Shown here one piece after another: positions 50,501 through 64,000 of a DNA stretch of 64,000 nt (positions are counted from its first letter, which is position 1; every line of letters starts with the position of its first letter). Source of the DNA: Phoronis australis (taxonomy: Eukaryota > Animalia > Phoronida); assembly GCA_002633005.1 (NCBI GenBank), contig NMRA01000026.1, positions 59,497 through 123,496 on the forward strand, in the 5' to 3' direction. The notes under the pieces are model-generated. The model was not told the DNA's origin and ran no database searches. It saw nothing but the letters and a program-made list of their open reading frames with translations. The position numbers were made by a program, and so were the translations under genes.

Positions 50501-53500
50501 TATTGTATTCTGCGATGCATCCATGTCATTATAATTGGTAATCATATGCATGTGCGTATGTGCGGTGTATGTGTGTGTGTGCGTGTGTGTGTGTGTGTGT
50601 GCGCGTGTGTGCGTGTGTGCGTGTGTGTTTGCGTACGCGTGTGCATGTGTGCTAACTACACATGAATATGAATGCGTATGTGTATAGTTATACACTGCAA
50701 AAGTGTCTTTTCTCGAAATCAAAACGTTTCCTAAATATCACGTGCTGCGAAAAGACAAAGCCGGAAATGCAGCTAAGTATAGCTAAGTGGCGTCGAGTCA
50801 CGTGATTAGTCTCTAATGCTTCTTGAAAGTGTACCATTTCTCTTTATTCTATCACTGTAGGTATTTCTAAATTCACCCCTGGCTCACTGGGAAGAGTCGG
50901 TGTTCGAGTACTGGTCTACTACATGTCGACAACAGTCTTAGCCTCTATAGTGGGAATAATTCTGGCGTTGACAATCCGTCCTGGTGATAAATACGAAGAA
51001 CATACCGAAGAGGTCGTTCACTTGCTCGATTCCTCCAGGAAATTGGACACGCTCGATGCTTTTCTGGACGCAGTAAGGTATAGCGGTAATAAAACACACA
51101 GCACACGCCCCACCCCGCTTTTCTAGTGCACGACGCGCCAGGCAATACAGGCGCGTAGGTCTATCCAGCATGCATGCACACAGCCTAAAATATAAGGGGG
51201 CTCCGCGAAATTTTGATATGCGCACCGTTTACTGGAGGAAATCCATGAAGACTAAAAAGAAGGGCACTAGGTTAAGGCCCAGGAATTGTGCATCCGCGCA
51301 TACTTTGTGGACTTTTGTCTCGTTTCCTCGGACTTTTTGTTCCATTGAGGCGGAAATTTTTGCCCAATTCACCAAATTGGGGGACTTGCTCGGCAAGCCC
51401 CCTCCTGGGTGCGCCCATGTCCAGGGCCAGTCGCAGAATGCACATTCCACTCCCGTATTGCGACAGAACAACCTGTGGGTGCCTGAGCATTGATGCCCAG
51501 ACCTCTGGGTCCTTTTGTGGTCACGGGCTCGCCTAAGCCGTGCGTAAGATGTGTTCAATACCAAAGTATTTAGTAAAGTCACTGTCTGAGTTAAAATTGA
51601 TGCTCATTATACTTATAGCAAACATAACACATTCCCTCCCAACTGGTCATTACTGTAATTGCGTCTTCATTTATTTTTATCGTAGAAGTTTAGTTCCGCA
51701 GAATCTGATCGGTGCCACATTTCGGAGCCAGAAGACGTCCTACCAGACAAAACCACGAAACCAGACAGACGCCAGTGGCGGTCGACTCCTCGTAACCAAC
51801 ACATCCTTGGAGAACGTTCGAAAGCTGGAATATCAAAACGGGACAAATACTCTTGGTAATTTGATCCAGGAACCAAGTTGCGTTCAGTAATTCTGGTCAC
51901 TCGCGAAACTATGAAACAAAAACAGTGATTGGAGAGATCCAACAGCGCTTTCCGTGTATGATTGATCTGAATTTGAAGTGTACCGAGCATATTGCACAGG
52001 GGCGGATCCAGGATTTTGAGTAAAGAGGGGGCGGAGCAGGGCAAAGTATTAGCCAGGTTTTTGCCTGTCAGGCATTCGAACCCCCGAACTGCCATATGGA
52101 ATCTGGGAGAATTTTATGGGGAACATGACCCCCTTTGCCCTCCTCCCCTAAATCCGCCACTTTAAAGTTGAACCATCTTTCGTTTGCAGCCTTGTGGGTC
52201 AAGATGGCACATGTTCCTGTGCCATGATTGGCCGGAATTAATGGCTTGTTTGAAGTGTCCATTTCCTCCCATAATTTGATTACTTTACTGCCGTCGTTTT
52301 CGCTGTATTGTTCTGTAGATAGTTTCTGAGCTTACTCATGAAAGTTTCACCTTTGTCTTGGTTGTTCTTACCTTGCATTTTGCCGAAATTGTAAGAAATT
52401 TTATTTATTTAACGTTTGCCTGTTTTTTGTGATTACCGTTTAAACTAAGAATGGCTTTAATCACCGGAAGTATTATATTGTTTCTTTTATAGTGATATTT
52501 TTGTTGCTTCTAGGTATAATGTCCTTTACTATAGTCTTTAGTATAGTGATGATGAAACTGAAAACGAGACCGGAAACTATGATAAAACTCTTTTGCGAGA
52601 TGAACGAAGTTATCATGAAATTGGTTCATCTGATTATTTGGTAAGTGGACGGTACGTATTTATAGCATATCGTCTGAGAACCGCGGGAGTACTTGGAGAG
52701 TTATTGTTGTAAAATCGAGCAAAGCAAAATTAATCGGAAAAATCGTTTGAATTACAATTTTAGAATGAGTCATTTAGAACACCTCGAGTATTTTCGTAGC
52801 CTCAAATTTCTTTTCGGAGGAGCACGTTTTCTGTGCACGTGAGAACTTCATTCAAACAGCAAGCCATATGACTTTCAAACCACGAAAGCGTTGAATCTAT
52901 AGCTTAAATTAGCACATATGCAGACAAAGATAACCTCCGAGAGAAAATCTGAGGCTACGAAAATACCCGAGGTGGCGATGAGGGTGAACGCAAGAAAGCA
53001 AACTGTCATTTCGTCATGGTACCTGGCAAATGCAATTACATTGCGCGTCTGCAATGCGTGACTAATGTGCATGTTTATATAGAGCTGCAGTCTAAAACAT
53101 CCTTTTAACAAGGAATAAATTACGGTTTTCTTCTTTATTGAAGTTCGTCCACAAGTTAGACTGAAAATTAAAAGCATTGAAAATAGAATGGTCCTACAGA
53201 GGATGTTAAAGACGAAAAGACATAAGGATCGATATACTTGGACTTCGTTGTCTGAGTGGAGTGGGCAATTAGTATGTGTGCCAAACCCTCAGCCTCCTTA
53301 AAACTGTAAGCCACTCGAAACAATAATCTTGTTGTATCTGTTTGACGAAAACATCATATTTACAGATTGGTTGATATAGACTTCCCGGTCTCTGTAGTCA
53401 TAGCAACGTAGATAAATACGTAACTATAGTACAATGAATCCAAGGTCAATAAGTAAATAACTATCTTTTATGAGCTGGTTCATCACATACCTGGCAAATT

Positions 53501-56500
53501 AAAGTCAAAGTTCCAAGTGTAATTTGTGAACGAATTGCTATTTTTCTACCAGAACTCATCTCAAATGTCGTTTAAACACAAGCGCGAACATCAAATTGGT
53601 ACTGCAGGAAAACGAATAGGAATATGGCACCCACGCTATTCCTCCGACAAGAGGGAGGGGGCTTCCCCAAAACATTTTAAGGATTCAAATGTGTTATTGT
53701 AAAGTATCACGGTGTATTGAAGAAGGTTATGATTTGAGAATTTAACTTGGTTGACACTTGCTTGAACATTCATGAATATGATAGTCTTTTTTCCACGTTA
53801 ACCAAATATGTGTTGTTTTTACTGCAGGTGTTCTCCCATAGGCATAATGTCTTTGGTAGCAGGGAAACTGATGACAGTTTCCGACCTAGCAACAGTTTCT
53901 AGGCAACTAGGCGTCTTTGTGGCAACTACTGTGGGAGGCGTAGTCGTCTATACCCTTGTGATCAACAGTGTCATATACACCGTGTTCACCCGAAAGAATC
54001 CTATTCTGTTTCTTCGAGGAATGGGCCAAGCTTGCTTGACGGCGTTTTCATTAGCTTTGAGGTAATTGGAATGGAAGTCCAAAGTTGCAGGCTGTGAGGG
54101 AAAAGCTGACCGGTGGGTGGGTTATTCATCTGTATATAAAATGCGCGAACCCAGCCTAAAATATAGGGTGGCTCGAATTTTTCGTTATGCGGACGTTTTA
54201 CTGAAAAATTCAACGAGGACTAAAAAGGGGCCACCATGTTCAGGTCTACGAATTCTGCATCCGCGCCGACTTCCTGTGGACTTTGTGGACTTTTGTCTCG
54301 TTTACTCAAGGGACTTTTTGTTTCACTGAGGCGGATCTTTTTGCTCAATTCACCAAATTGGGGGCTCTTTTGAGCCCCCGGAGCACCGCCTTGGGTGTTC
54401 CCATTTATAGACAGGAGTATAGCTGGAAAATTAGGATAACTACCAACTTAAAACGTGGAGTCGAAAAGGAGGCCCAATTGTCGGGGGCTTCCGTGAAAGT
54501 CATCCTTTCAAAGGATTTGTTGTAATAATACCACCCCGATTTTTTTACCCATTTTACCGGAAACTGTACAAGACGAGGTGTCTTCTTGCCAAAAAATGGG
54601 AATATCATTTGAGGTGAAAGCATCATAGATACGTAACATTAATAGATATGTGATGTAGAGTTTAGAACTCCACAGTGAGCCTTTTTGTGGGGATAGGCAC
54701 CCTTTCGTATAGGATAACCGATCTTGAAAGTGTCGCAGCACTACGGGCTTCTAACGGGGATGAGTAACTTGTGGTTGTGCTACGCTCGCCCATGGAGATA
54801 GCAGACACGTGAGTGGTTGTGCTATATATTGTTGGTTCACTCTGATTTCATTAAATTGATCTGATCTCAAGCAATAGGGAACTGGCAGTTCTCCCTACAT
54901 CTAGAATTCACTCTGTAATTACATCGACGTCTAGACTTCAATGTTTTTAGCGTTCCGGCCTCGTAGCACAGATTGTCCAAATTTCCCCAGCCTTGGTCAT
55001 AATACATCGAATCTTCTAAATAAGTGAATCTTACTTCAGATTTGTAAAAAGGTCTTTGGAATTTAATTGATGCTTGGGGTCGAATAAAAGTCTGTTTCGT
55101 CCGACGTTGCCTTCTTGCTCCTAGTGCCGCCACAATCCCTGCTACGCTACACTGTCTTGAGGACAACCTCGGTATAGACCAAAGAGTGACCAGATTCACA
55201 GTCCCTATTGGCGCCACGGTGAATATGGACGCGACAGCTCTGAACACGGCTCTCTCGACACTGTTTATTGCACAACTCCACAGCATTTCGCTGGACGCCG
55301 GACAAATTGTCACCATATGGTGGGGAAACAACTTCACAATGTGTGAGAGATAAAAACAGTCAGTGACCACAAAAATTGGTTTCATCTCGTTGTTTTGTCA
55401 TATTAGACTGACATAATTTTTGGTCTTGTAAAGAACTGGCAGCTTGTTATTGCTGGAAACTATGCTTGGCGACTATTTTATCAACTTGTAGAGCTTGCAT
55501 TCAAACGTTTGTCATACAGTTCTCAGATCACATTTATTTCGACTTTAGAACAGTTTGAGACCCATTTCTCAACAGTAAGTTCTCTAAATTAGAAGTTGGA
55601 TTCTGTGAAAGAAGGGCAAGGGAGGTTGTATCTATAAATTCAGCTAGACATCTACTGGGGTTTTACGATTTAACGGATATGAGCCAAGCTTCAGTAAAAA
55701 TAGTGCATTTGCATTTAATCTAGAATGAAATTTCGCATTTTACTCGATGTGGTGAACATCAAGTCGACTTTAGTCAGGCAAGGAAAATACAGATCCAGTA
55801 AGTGTTGTAGTGTGCTGCTATACGTTCCTGACACCTATCGGGAGTGATAAAGTCTGGGCTGCCATTCTGGAATAAAAGTCACACTTAGTTTTGTTACCCA
55901 GTCCCTCGTTTTTAGCTCATATTTCACAACTACTGCAAATAACTCCAAATGAGTTTCATAAACAAAGGCTATGGGCCCTGCCTCACTGATGTGTCGTTAC
56001 GTTACGTCGTCATTTTTACATATAATTGAGGCTTAATTACGACCAGTCTTAGTGCCGCAAGTTATTTCGATCCTTGTTGGAAAAACGTTGAAAAGTTACG
56101 GAAGTTTTATTTAAGCAGGCTCTCAGCCATTTCTCAAGTTGTGTGTCACTTCTTCAGCCTGGGAGCGTTGAGGTTGTGGGTTCAGTTTATCTTGACGGTC
56201 GATCTCAGAAATTCACTTCTCATCGGACAATGTCCGTAAGACGATTGTGAAACGAAGCACACGAAACGAATTCAGGCTTTGTGAAAGGACGGGCGTGAAA
56301 CGCCAGGCTTAAAATGACCGGCTTGGAACGATGGACGTGAAATGGTGGCATAGTAGTGAAATGACGGACATGAACCTGAATTAGTATCTATACTGCCCGC
56401 CAGGGAGTGGATGCATGAAACCCTCTTAAGACTATTTCGTTTTCACAAGGACTCGTATAATATTTTGTGTCGAATTGATTTTTCACGAAAACAACAACGG

Positions 56501-58325
56501 TTTTAAAACTTGACATGCTTCGGTGTCATTTATTAAACACCATCCTCAGAAGTCATAATACAGTGGCCACAGCAACAAGTAATGAAGCACAGTTACAGTC
56601 AGTTGGAGTGACAATGAACTAGACCGTAAAATGACAACCTGTAGTGTGTCAGTTGCCTATTGAGATTGGGCTTGCACCAACTGATATGTAAAGCCTCACG
56701 AATTTTAAGCTCCTTTGTTGTTACTGCCTGGTCTATTATTGCAAAGTCATTGAAAGAGCACTGCTGATAACAATGACACCGAAACATGTCAAGTTTTAAA
56801 ACCGTTGTTGTTTTCGTGAATATATGCTCAGTGTTACTTGCTATCATGGAGACAAATAGATTTTATTTCAACTCTGTGATGGTCACTATAGCACGTACAT
56901 GCAATGCTCTCTTCGTTTTTCACAGCGCTACTTCAGTCCTTGCCAGTGTTGGTGCTGCCTCAGTTCCGGGAGCAGGCATCGTGGGCTGGTTATGGTTTTG
57001 GGATCGGCAGGATTTCCCGTTGAAAATGTCAGCTTGCTTTTGACAGTAGATTGGTTTACGTACGTAGTCACTGGCATATTGTGCATAACACGAATATGTA
57101 GCGACCCATAACAGCGCGTGTAAGCCCACGCGCCTGCATGCCACGACGCACGCGCACTGTAGAGGCTACACGGCCCGCGCATGCTAAGCTCATGCACCTC
57201 TGTGTGAAAACAGGTGGAAAAGTTATTTCGACCATTGATGAAGCGACCACTAAAACTATTCGCACAAAATATGGTTAGTTATCTTTTCTATTGTGTTTAA
57301 GGTTCATTCACGGCAAAAAGTTAATTTAGTAGAAATTGGTGGCAGCGCGAAATCGAACAGACGAACTTCGTAGCAACAGCTGAACGCTCTAGAGTGAATT
57401 AAAAGTTGTAATTCTGGGGCAAATCAGAAATAATAATATGCTTAATCAATAAAAACTCCAATCCCAAATAGCTCTCGATCCACTATAAATAATTGCAGCT
57501 AACGCTGTAAAACCCATTTAGTCGATTCAGCAACGAATTGTTGCTACCAGGCTCACAGGTGTGTGTTAGGGGCATTTCAAGGCTTCCCAATAGAGGGCTC
57601 TACATAATTTTCCAGTGCACCGAGATACAACAGGTCAGAGAAAATAACGATTCATGCGAAACTTTTGGGATTCTGAAATACATGGGAACGCTACTAATGT
57701 CGGCGAGACTTCGAGATAACTGTTTGTTACTTTCCAACGTCGGGGAGCATCATCAACCTACCGCATGCGACGCTGGGGGTAGCGCGAGTAGGTCGGTTTG
57801 CAGACTCCAGCATTTCCTCAACTTCACGTACCTCGACGTACACTCTTCCCCAGTGTTACGAAAGAAAGCACTGTCACATGTCCTTTAACATGTTAGATTT
57901 TTAATATTTTTTATTGCCCCATTTGCTTAAATTTTTTAGAATTATAAAGTTCCGTCGATGCCCACATACAGAATTGCGTGCGTCGTTCTTCGTGTTTCTA
58001 CGGGGCCACTTTTCACTATAGGTGGCACTGTGTCCGAGCAAATGCTTTGCGGCCAGGTCAATCACCACTTCAAGACGATAGCGTTGGGCTATGAATTTCC
58101 ATTCTTAACATTCAGATGAAAACAAAACTTTCTTTCAATTTCAGGGCACGGTTTCGAGCCGTAGGCAACATACTTGGGGACAGCTTCTGCGCCGCCATAG
58201 TGTCTCACCTTTCCCGTCACGACCTAGTGCGAACGGAAGAGAGAGCAGACGACAAACGAGAGCAACTAGTGCCTCTGACCGACATTTACCCGAACAGCAG
58301 AACCGACGCACGCGAAGCTGTTTAA
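47509..58325 (+). CDS. SLC1 / excitatory amino acid transporter family protein (~506 aa); exons 47509-47571, 49266-49464, 50861-51077, 51686-51855, 52514-52640, 53828-54061, 55125-55319, 56926-57059 (1-bp frameshift ~56984), 58145-58325
   Basis: [95 protein letters not shown]...NILGD. All junctions are GT-AG and in phase; AATAAA follows the stop. Confidence 0.93.
50210..50352. mobile_element. Short GC-rich MITE; relative at ~51977-52141
   Basis: CAG(A/G)GGCGGAT.CAGGATT...AAT.CGCCACT inverted termini and shared interior gcagggcaaagtatta..attcg.acccc.gaactgcca.atggaatctg. Confidence 0.7.
50453..50652. repeat. Compound microsatellite (ATTGY)n plus (GT/GC)n
   Basis: ttgtattgtattgcattg... and gtgtgtgtgcgtgtgt.... 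Confidence 0.95.
56482..56820 (-). mobile_element. Penelope-like retroelement 3' fragment with inverted terminal copy, in SLC1 intron 7
   Basis: [37 protein letters not shown] matches the GIY-YIG endonuclease C-terminus. It is followed by a hammerhead motif at 56509-56552 with GAAA mutated to GAAG, and ~48-bp inverted ends. Confidence 0.82.
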
Positions 58326-61300
58326 TAAAAAAAGAACATCAATAAAATTCTTCAATTATTCCCGTAACTGTAGAATATCTCTTCACGTGGAAGGACATTT
58401 ATTATAGGCCTACTGGCAGGGTTTTAGTAAATATATGACACGTGGTGTTATCTAACTGTACAAGTTGAACAATAGCCAACAGCGTGGTTTGCCTTCAATG
58501 AAAAAACGAGAAATGAAGTAAAAACGAGTTCTTATTGTAAAATCTCGAATTTAGGAATGCATGTTCAGGCGAAAATCACGGTATTCAGAAATTATTTGCA
58601 CAGCAAACGAAATTTTCCTACAATTTTGATTTGTTTGCTGCAATTACCATTTCGAAGGCGTGGTACGAGCGTGGCTCTTTTGCAGAGATTTGCCCTGCTC
58701 GATATGTTGATGTGTATACCGCTATTTACTACGTTGGCCCAATACGGTGGCCCAAAGATTACAATCGCACGTTTCTTTTTTAATTATCTCGGGATCTCCA
58801 GGTGCCGACTTAATTATCTCGGGATGTCGATTCTATCAACATGGTCTGTTTTCAAATGCTCACCGGTCTCAACTAATTAATCGTGGTTTCCACAAAGAAT
58901 AGTCGATGAAGTTTGGTTAAAAACAGAGCCACGTTGCACACTTAATTGAATACGTGGCCAGGGGCATCGAGGGGTGGACAGGAGGACTCACAACCCCGGG
59001 GTCCGTGGCAATTAAGGGGGCCCGTTGCTGAAAGTATAAAAACAAAAAAACGGGACAACAAAAATAAGTTCCAGAGGGCCGGTCGGCCTCAGTTGGACAA
59101 GGGATAATAACTCAGAAACCCACGAAGGGTCCTCAAAATTTGACGGGAACAGTTTAAAAATCGTCCAACGTACATGTATGCAACTGTCAACAGCTGGTAA
59201 AAGAAGAGACGATGTAGTTCACATAACGTTGTATAGTGTACAAATGCGTATAATATGGACTGCAGGTATTTTGTAGTAGAAAATAATTGTTCTAAAGGTA
59301 AACTGAGTTTTCATCGTCATCTTTTTCGAAAAATATACGAGCACCACCCGAGCAAAACTGTAGTATTAAAGCTGGCGGTTCCTACTTATACTGTACTCCA
59401 AGAATAATTTTACGCAAATGCACTTTTTTAGTGACCTCATATTTCTGAGATGTCTCAGCTTTCAACGTTTGTAAGAGCACTCTAGATTCTAACGTATCTG
59501 GTTTGTAATCGGGTATAACGCTAGTGATCTCAACAAAGACAAGTAAATGACAATATTCATAAAAAACAACAAGGCTTTTCACCTTCATTATGTTTCGATA
59601 TCTCAAACCTCATTGTAACAATCGGTTTCGCAAGGCCGATTGTTGGGTATAACAGGGACTTTCAGAGAGTGAGTAAGATCACTGTTTATTAACTAAGATG
59701 GCTATTACGAGACGACTGCGCATGCGCAAAGGAACAGCTGATCGAGTATCATAAACAATCGTCATCAGGACATGTAATCAAGGTCATCTACAATCTTAAC
59801 CCACAACGTGTTCAGTAGAGCTACCAGGACGCATCACAGCAGCAAAACATCAGTGGTAACGCTTTTACAACTTCCAACTGTCAACAGTCCAGATAACATG
59901 GTCTGGCGAAAGAACAGAACTTAGATTTATCACGCCACATCAGAACTGTCTGATGCTAATGGGATGATTTTAAAGAAACTCTTCCCGCGTAAAAATGCAA
60001 AAATAGAATTTGACCTCTGTTGTTATAAAATTGGTTCCACACATTACGCATTGTTTTCTGTTACCAAGAATATTCCAATTTGGCTAGAGATGAAGCTGTT
60101 AGAGATCTTTTCAAGTTAGGGTTGCAGCAAAACGAAACTGTAGACATGCTAATGTAACTTGGTTCATAGATTCATGCACCCCATAGTGTCACTAATTGCT
60201 TAGAGGTGAAACGAGTAACTGTGCGAATCATTCTTTTTGCTGTCGATCCAGATAGTGTGGCAATGTGACGCACCAGGAGACTGTTTACGTACAGCGACAC
60301 ACTGGAGAAATTATCCCGGGATTTAACTAAGAAAGAACAATGTCATCTTTGGACCACCATACATTTGCTGATAGTCGTTTGCAACTCTTTGCAAAGAGTA
60401 GTTTAAAAATATCGGTTATCACCAGACGCGCTGTTTATAACATATTTTCTGGAATACGTGACCTTACCAGGTGAATCTCGTCTTGTTATCACCTGGCAGT
60501 AATTCTAGATATTACTGTCAAACTGATAACGACACGTCTGTAACCCGGTCACTGATACCGTGAAACTCACCCCACAGAGCTGTGACCGTCGTCACGCACC
60601 ACCCGTTTGACTGGGCAGAAATGGATTTCGCCTGATCACTGCACTACTGGCTTTCGCGACAGTGGCAGTGTGGGGGGCGGAGGGGGTANTGATCTGATAA
60701 TTTTGTCTGCACAACATGTATGCTGATGGCTCCTAAAACACAAGTAAAGAAAAGGAATCAACATATTTTATTCTCCACGAAACTAAAAAAGAAACATCGA
60801 CACTCATTCAATTTAATGGCGCTACTTTTGACTGAATATAATTGAAGAATTTGTTTAGTCACATACTCTGTACAGATGCTACCTTTTAACGCAACTCCAC
60901 TGCGTATCCAAAGTTCTCCAGTGTCGGGGTTTTATAACTGACGCAACTTGCACCAGCAAGGAGATATTTCTTGTTTATGTACGGGGGTGAACCGGCTGGG
61001 GGTCGCGGCAGGATTTAATCTCGGGACTGTCGTCTTCAGTTCTCGGAATCCGTTTCATGATGTAGTCTAGAATAGTTACGCCAATACCAAAAAGAAAATA
61101 AGAGAGAACGTAGCAGGCACGGAATGCAGAACAGAGAATTGGTGGTTAAGGAGTGCGATAAATAGCACGGGGAAAAACACTTGTTGAGAACATTAACGCT
61201 ATTTTGTCCTATTATTTTTGGGAAAACGCCAATTTTTTCTCCTGTCTGGCACAGCTCCGTCTTCAAAATCATATTTTTTCAGCTCCGTGAATATTGCATG

Positions 61301-64000
61301 GACTGACTACATCACCTGTACCTAACGAATGAGAGGCCCCAGGTCCTGGCGCACGGATCATTGTTACTGTTGTTGGATGTACTTGCACGTGCACGTATAT
61401 TTGCCGTTTAACAAGATGCTTCTAAATTTCAAAAAACGTCCTGTCTCCTGCTCGTCACTTCGTGGATTATTCTACCACATTGCAAAGCACGTCTCATTAT
61501 TTGGTATGGCAAGACATAGGCGTAGCACGTTTCCCTTATATGGACATTTGACCTTTCATGTATTTTATGTAGATGAGTATTTCAAAAATCCTGAATTTTG
61601 TGTTTATTTCTGGAAATTCTCTCACTGACGCCTAAGACAAAATTGACTTTTCTACAGGTATACCCATTGCCACCATGTCACATATTTCATCAACGTGCAA
61701 TTCCTTGTCAATTTCGCAACAAATGGACGCAACGAGCATGGCGGAGATGATCCAAGGCATACATTTGACGCATGCGCGTCACTGACCATTTCAGCAATAG
61801 TTGGTGGCGAATGATTTGTTAGAAGTGTGGGACTCGTTCTCAATATGCCGCAATTTGATGCATCTGATAATTTACGAGAGCGTTTGCTTGGTTCCAATCT
61901 TAAGCATAGATTAGATTTACCTGCTTGTGCTCTGTTATTGCTACTTTTTCCAAAAAAATTCATAAAAGATCCTAGCTGTTTGTTTTCTCGCTGTCTGATC
62001 GCTTTCAGTTCTCGGAATATTACTGCATTTACTTGTGGGATATGACGAATCAGAGCAAAATAATATTTAAATTCATGTTTCCAGCCTAGATGACTCAACT
62101 TTTAGTGTTCTGCATACTAAAGTTAAAATGTTTTCCAGTATTTTTTAAATTTAACCTATCTTTTGTGTTCTCGCTTGAATAATTGTTTGTGAAACTATAT
62201 GTGTTCCACCCGGTTCATCGCCACCCGTTTCATCCCCGACTATACCGATATCTTTATGCGTCAGTACAGCGGCGTATTTCTCATTGGATGACCCTTGTCC
62301 AAGTTTCTGCTTGATTTGTCCGAATTTTCCATAAATTTTGCCTAAATCCTGTGGACCTTTTATCCCGTTCTTTCCGATATATATTAATCTTAGTTGAGTA
62401 CCTCATGTTCTGACCATCTTCAGTGGACTTTCGCCTCGTACCTGACAGCTCAAGGTCCTGTTTCGAATTCACATCAAGCACTAGGTGTGAAAGACATTCA
62501 TGATAAGACACGTCGTTTTAGTTGTCTTGCGGCAGATTAGTTGCGAAACACGAAGAGATTCTTTGTATGTTTACCACGCGTTAATCCTTCACAAGGCGAC
62601 TCTACACATCGCCAAAACAACGAAAGTGAAATGTTCATGCATACATGCACAGTTTGATGCAGTAAATTTTATGATTTGACTCCCCCAAACTGCAATTTTG
62701 GCACCCGGCGCCCCTATAACGAATTTACAAGAGCCCATCCCCCATCACAAGGCCGATAAGGCAACTATACTTCAGGAGGGAGGGCGAACCACCTCGGGTG
62801 ACACCCTTTTAGGATTGACACCTTAAGAAATCACGATCTTGTCAACGGCTAAAAATGACAGACGCGTTGCAGTTTCATCTTACTTTGACTATGGGAATAG
62901 TCCTAATTGAAATCACCCGTGGCTCTACTGCTGGTGGTACCAATCCTTCAAACATACACCGGAATGAGCAACTTATATTCAGGGCTGGGTTTGGAGCACA
63001 GGTTTGGATGTAGTGTAAAGTACAGACTTTTCAACGATCACCGTTTGCTGTACATTTTAACAACTCACGCAATATTCCACGGTCAACAGTGTCATTTCTA
63101 ACGTTGCTATCTTCAGCTGTACAAGTATGTAACTTCACGTTCAATCTTCTCAAAATGTCAGAAGGATACAGGGCAGATAAAAGGTGCACATTCTTCAAAA
63201 TTCGAGCCCCCTATATTTTAAGCTGGGTGCGCGCATGCTAAAGGCATTTTTCCGAATGTATTCCCTGAAAATTATAGTGTACTGCGTTAGCTTTATTTGT
63301 GTCCTTGTGTATCTGTACGTTCCTGGTGTATTTAGAGAATTCTGCACGTGCCCGCAGTAATCCCAGAACAAATAGCAATAAAGTCTGTATTCTGTGTTTC
63401 ACGCGCTATTACTTTACAAATTCTTAAACCAAGGTGGGACTGAGTGGGTGGGTGGGTGAAGGGTAACACCAAAAATCTTCGCTCCGGTTGTACGCCATTG
63501 ATTTAGTGGATCGTTATTTTTGAGTTCGCGCAATAATTTTCTTCCATCCTCAATCCCGAGTGGGCAAAATATACCACCAAACTCCGCAAGAACGACTCCC
63601 ATGAACGACGCTCATTCACCATCACAATTTTTGCCGGATATATTCTGCACGTGATCCGTAACACTAAACAATAGATGTCGCCTCTTGACTGCCTTCGTGC
63701 TCGATTAGCCCAAAACGTAGTGTTATTCATATCAATAAAAGTGTTCAGATAGGAATGGCCTTTTCAAAGTTTCCCCTTTTGCCGACTGCGTGTCAATGTT
63801 GTCATACATGTGTATGGCCCTTGACGACGTTCGGAACATAGTGCCTACTAAAAATGTCACGATATGGGCTGACATGCGAGCTCATACACACTGGTCATTC
63901 TGCAGCATGCAATATAGGGCTACCGAACTGGCAATTTTTTTTAAAGCCGTCAAATCAATTTCAGTTTGACTCTAACGGACAACCTTGTATCAATTTCGCA

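Noticed and set aside
50402-50722. His/Thr- and Cys/Val-rich ORFs
   Set aside because: Translations of microsatellites.
61652-62511. 148-aa and 76-aa minus-strand ORFs
   Set aside because: No recognisable domain or phase-consistent splice structure; possibly TE debris, but I cannot support a call.

Overview
AT-rich, intron-containing animal genomic DNA, probably an invertebrate (species not determinable from the sequence), from a draft assembly with N gaps at 4341-4741 and 24073-24268 and single Ns at 14368, 38005 and 60689. Four spliced genes can be built by hand with phase-consistent GT-AG junctions. (1) An Ig-superfamily (I-set) gene on the minus strand runs off the left edge. (2) A FAM124-like gene (+, 11509-17441) lies apparently head-to-head with it. 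(3) An MFHAS1-like ROCO gene (-, about 23494-33586) encodes LRR-Roc-COR, with recently amplified 135-bp LRR units and a C-terminal death-effector-domain-like tail that the ORF track misses. (4) A 9-exon SLC1/EAAT-family transporter (+, 47509-58325) has lost several canonical amino-acid-binding and ion-coupling residues. Intergenic and intronic DNA holds decayed Gypsy, HERO/R2-like, L1/Tx1-like, CR1/L2-like and Penelope-like elements (the last with minimal hammerhead ribozymes), several MITE families and tandem repeats. Two long duplications joined by single Ns, and two 1-bp frameshifts in short homopolymers, are probably assembly artefacts. All family assignments come from motif recognition, not database searches.
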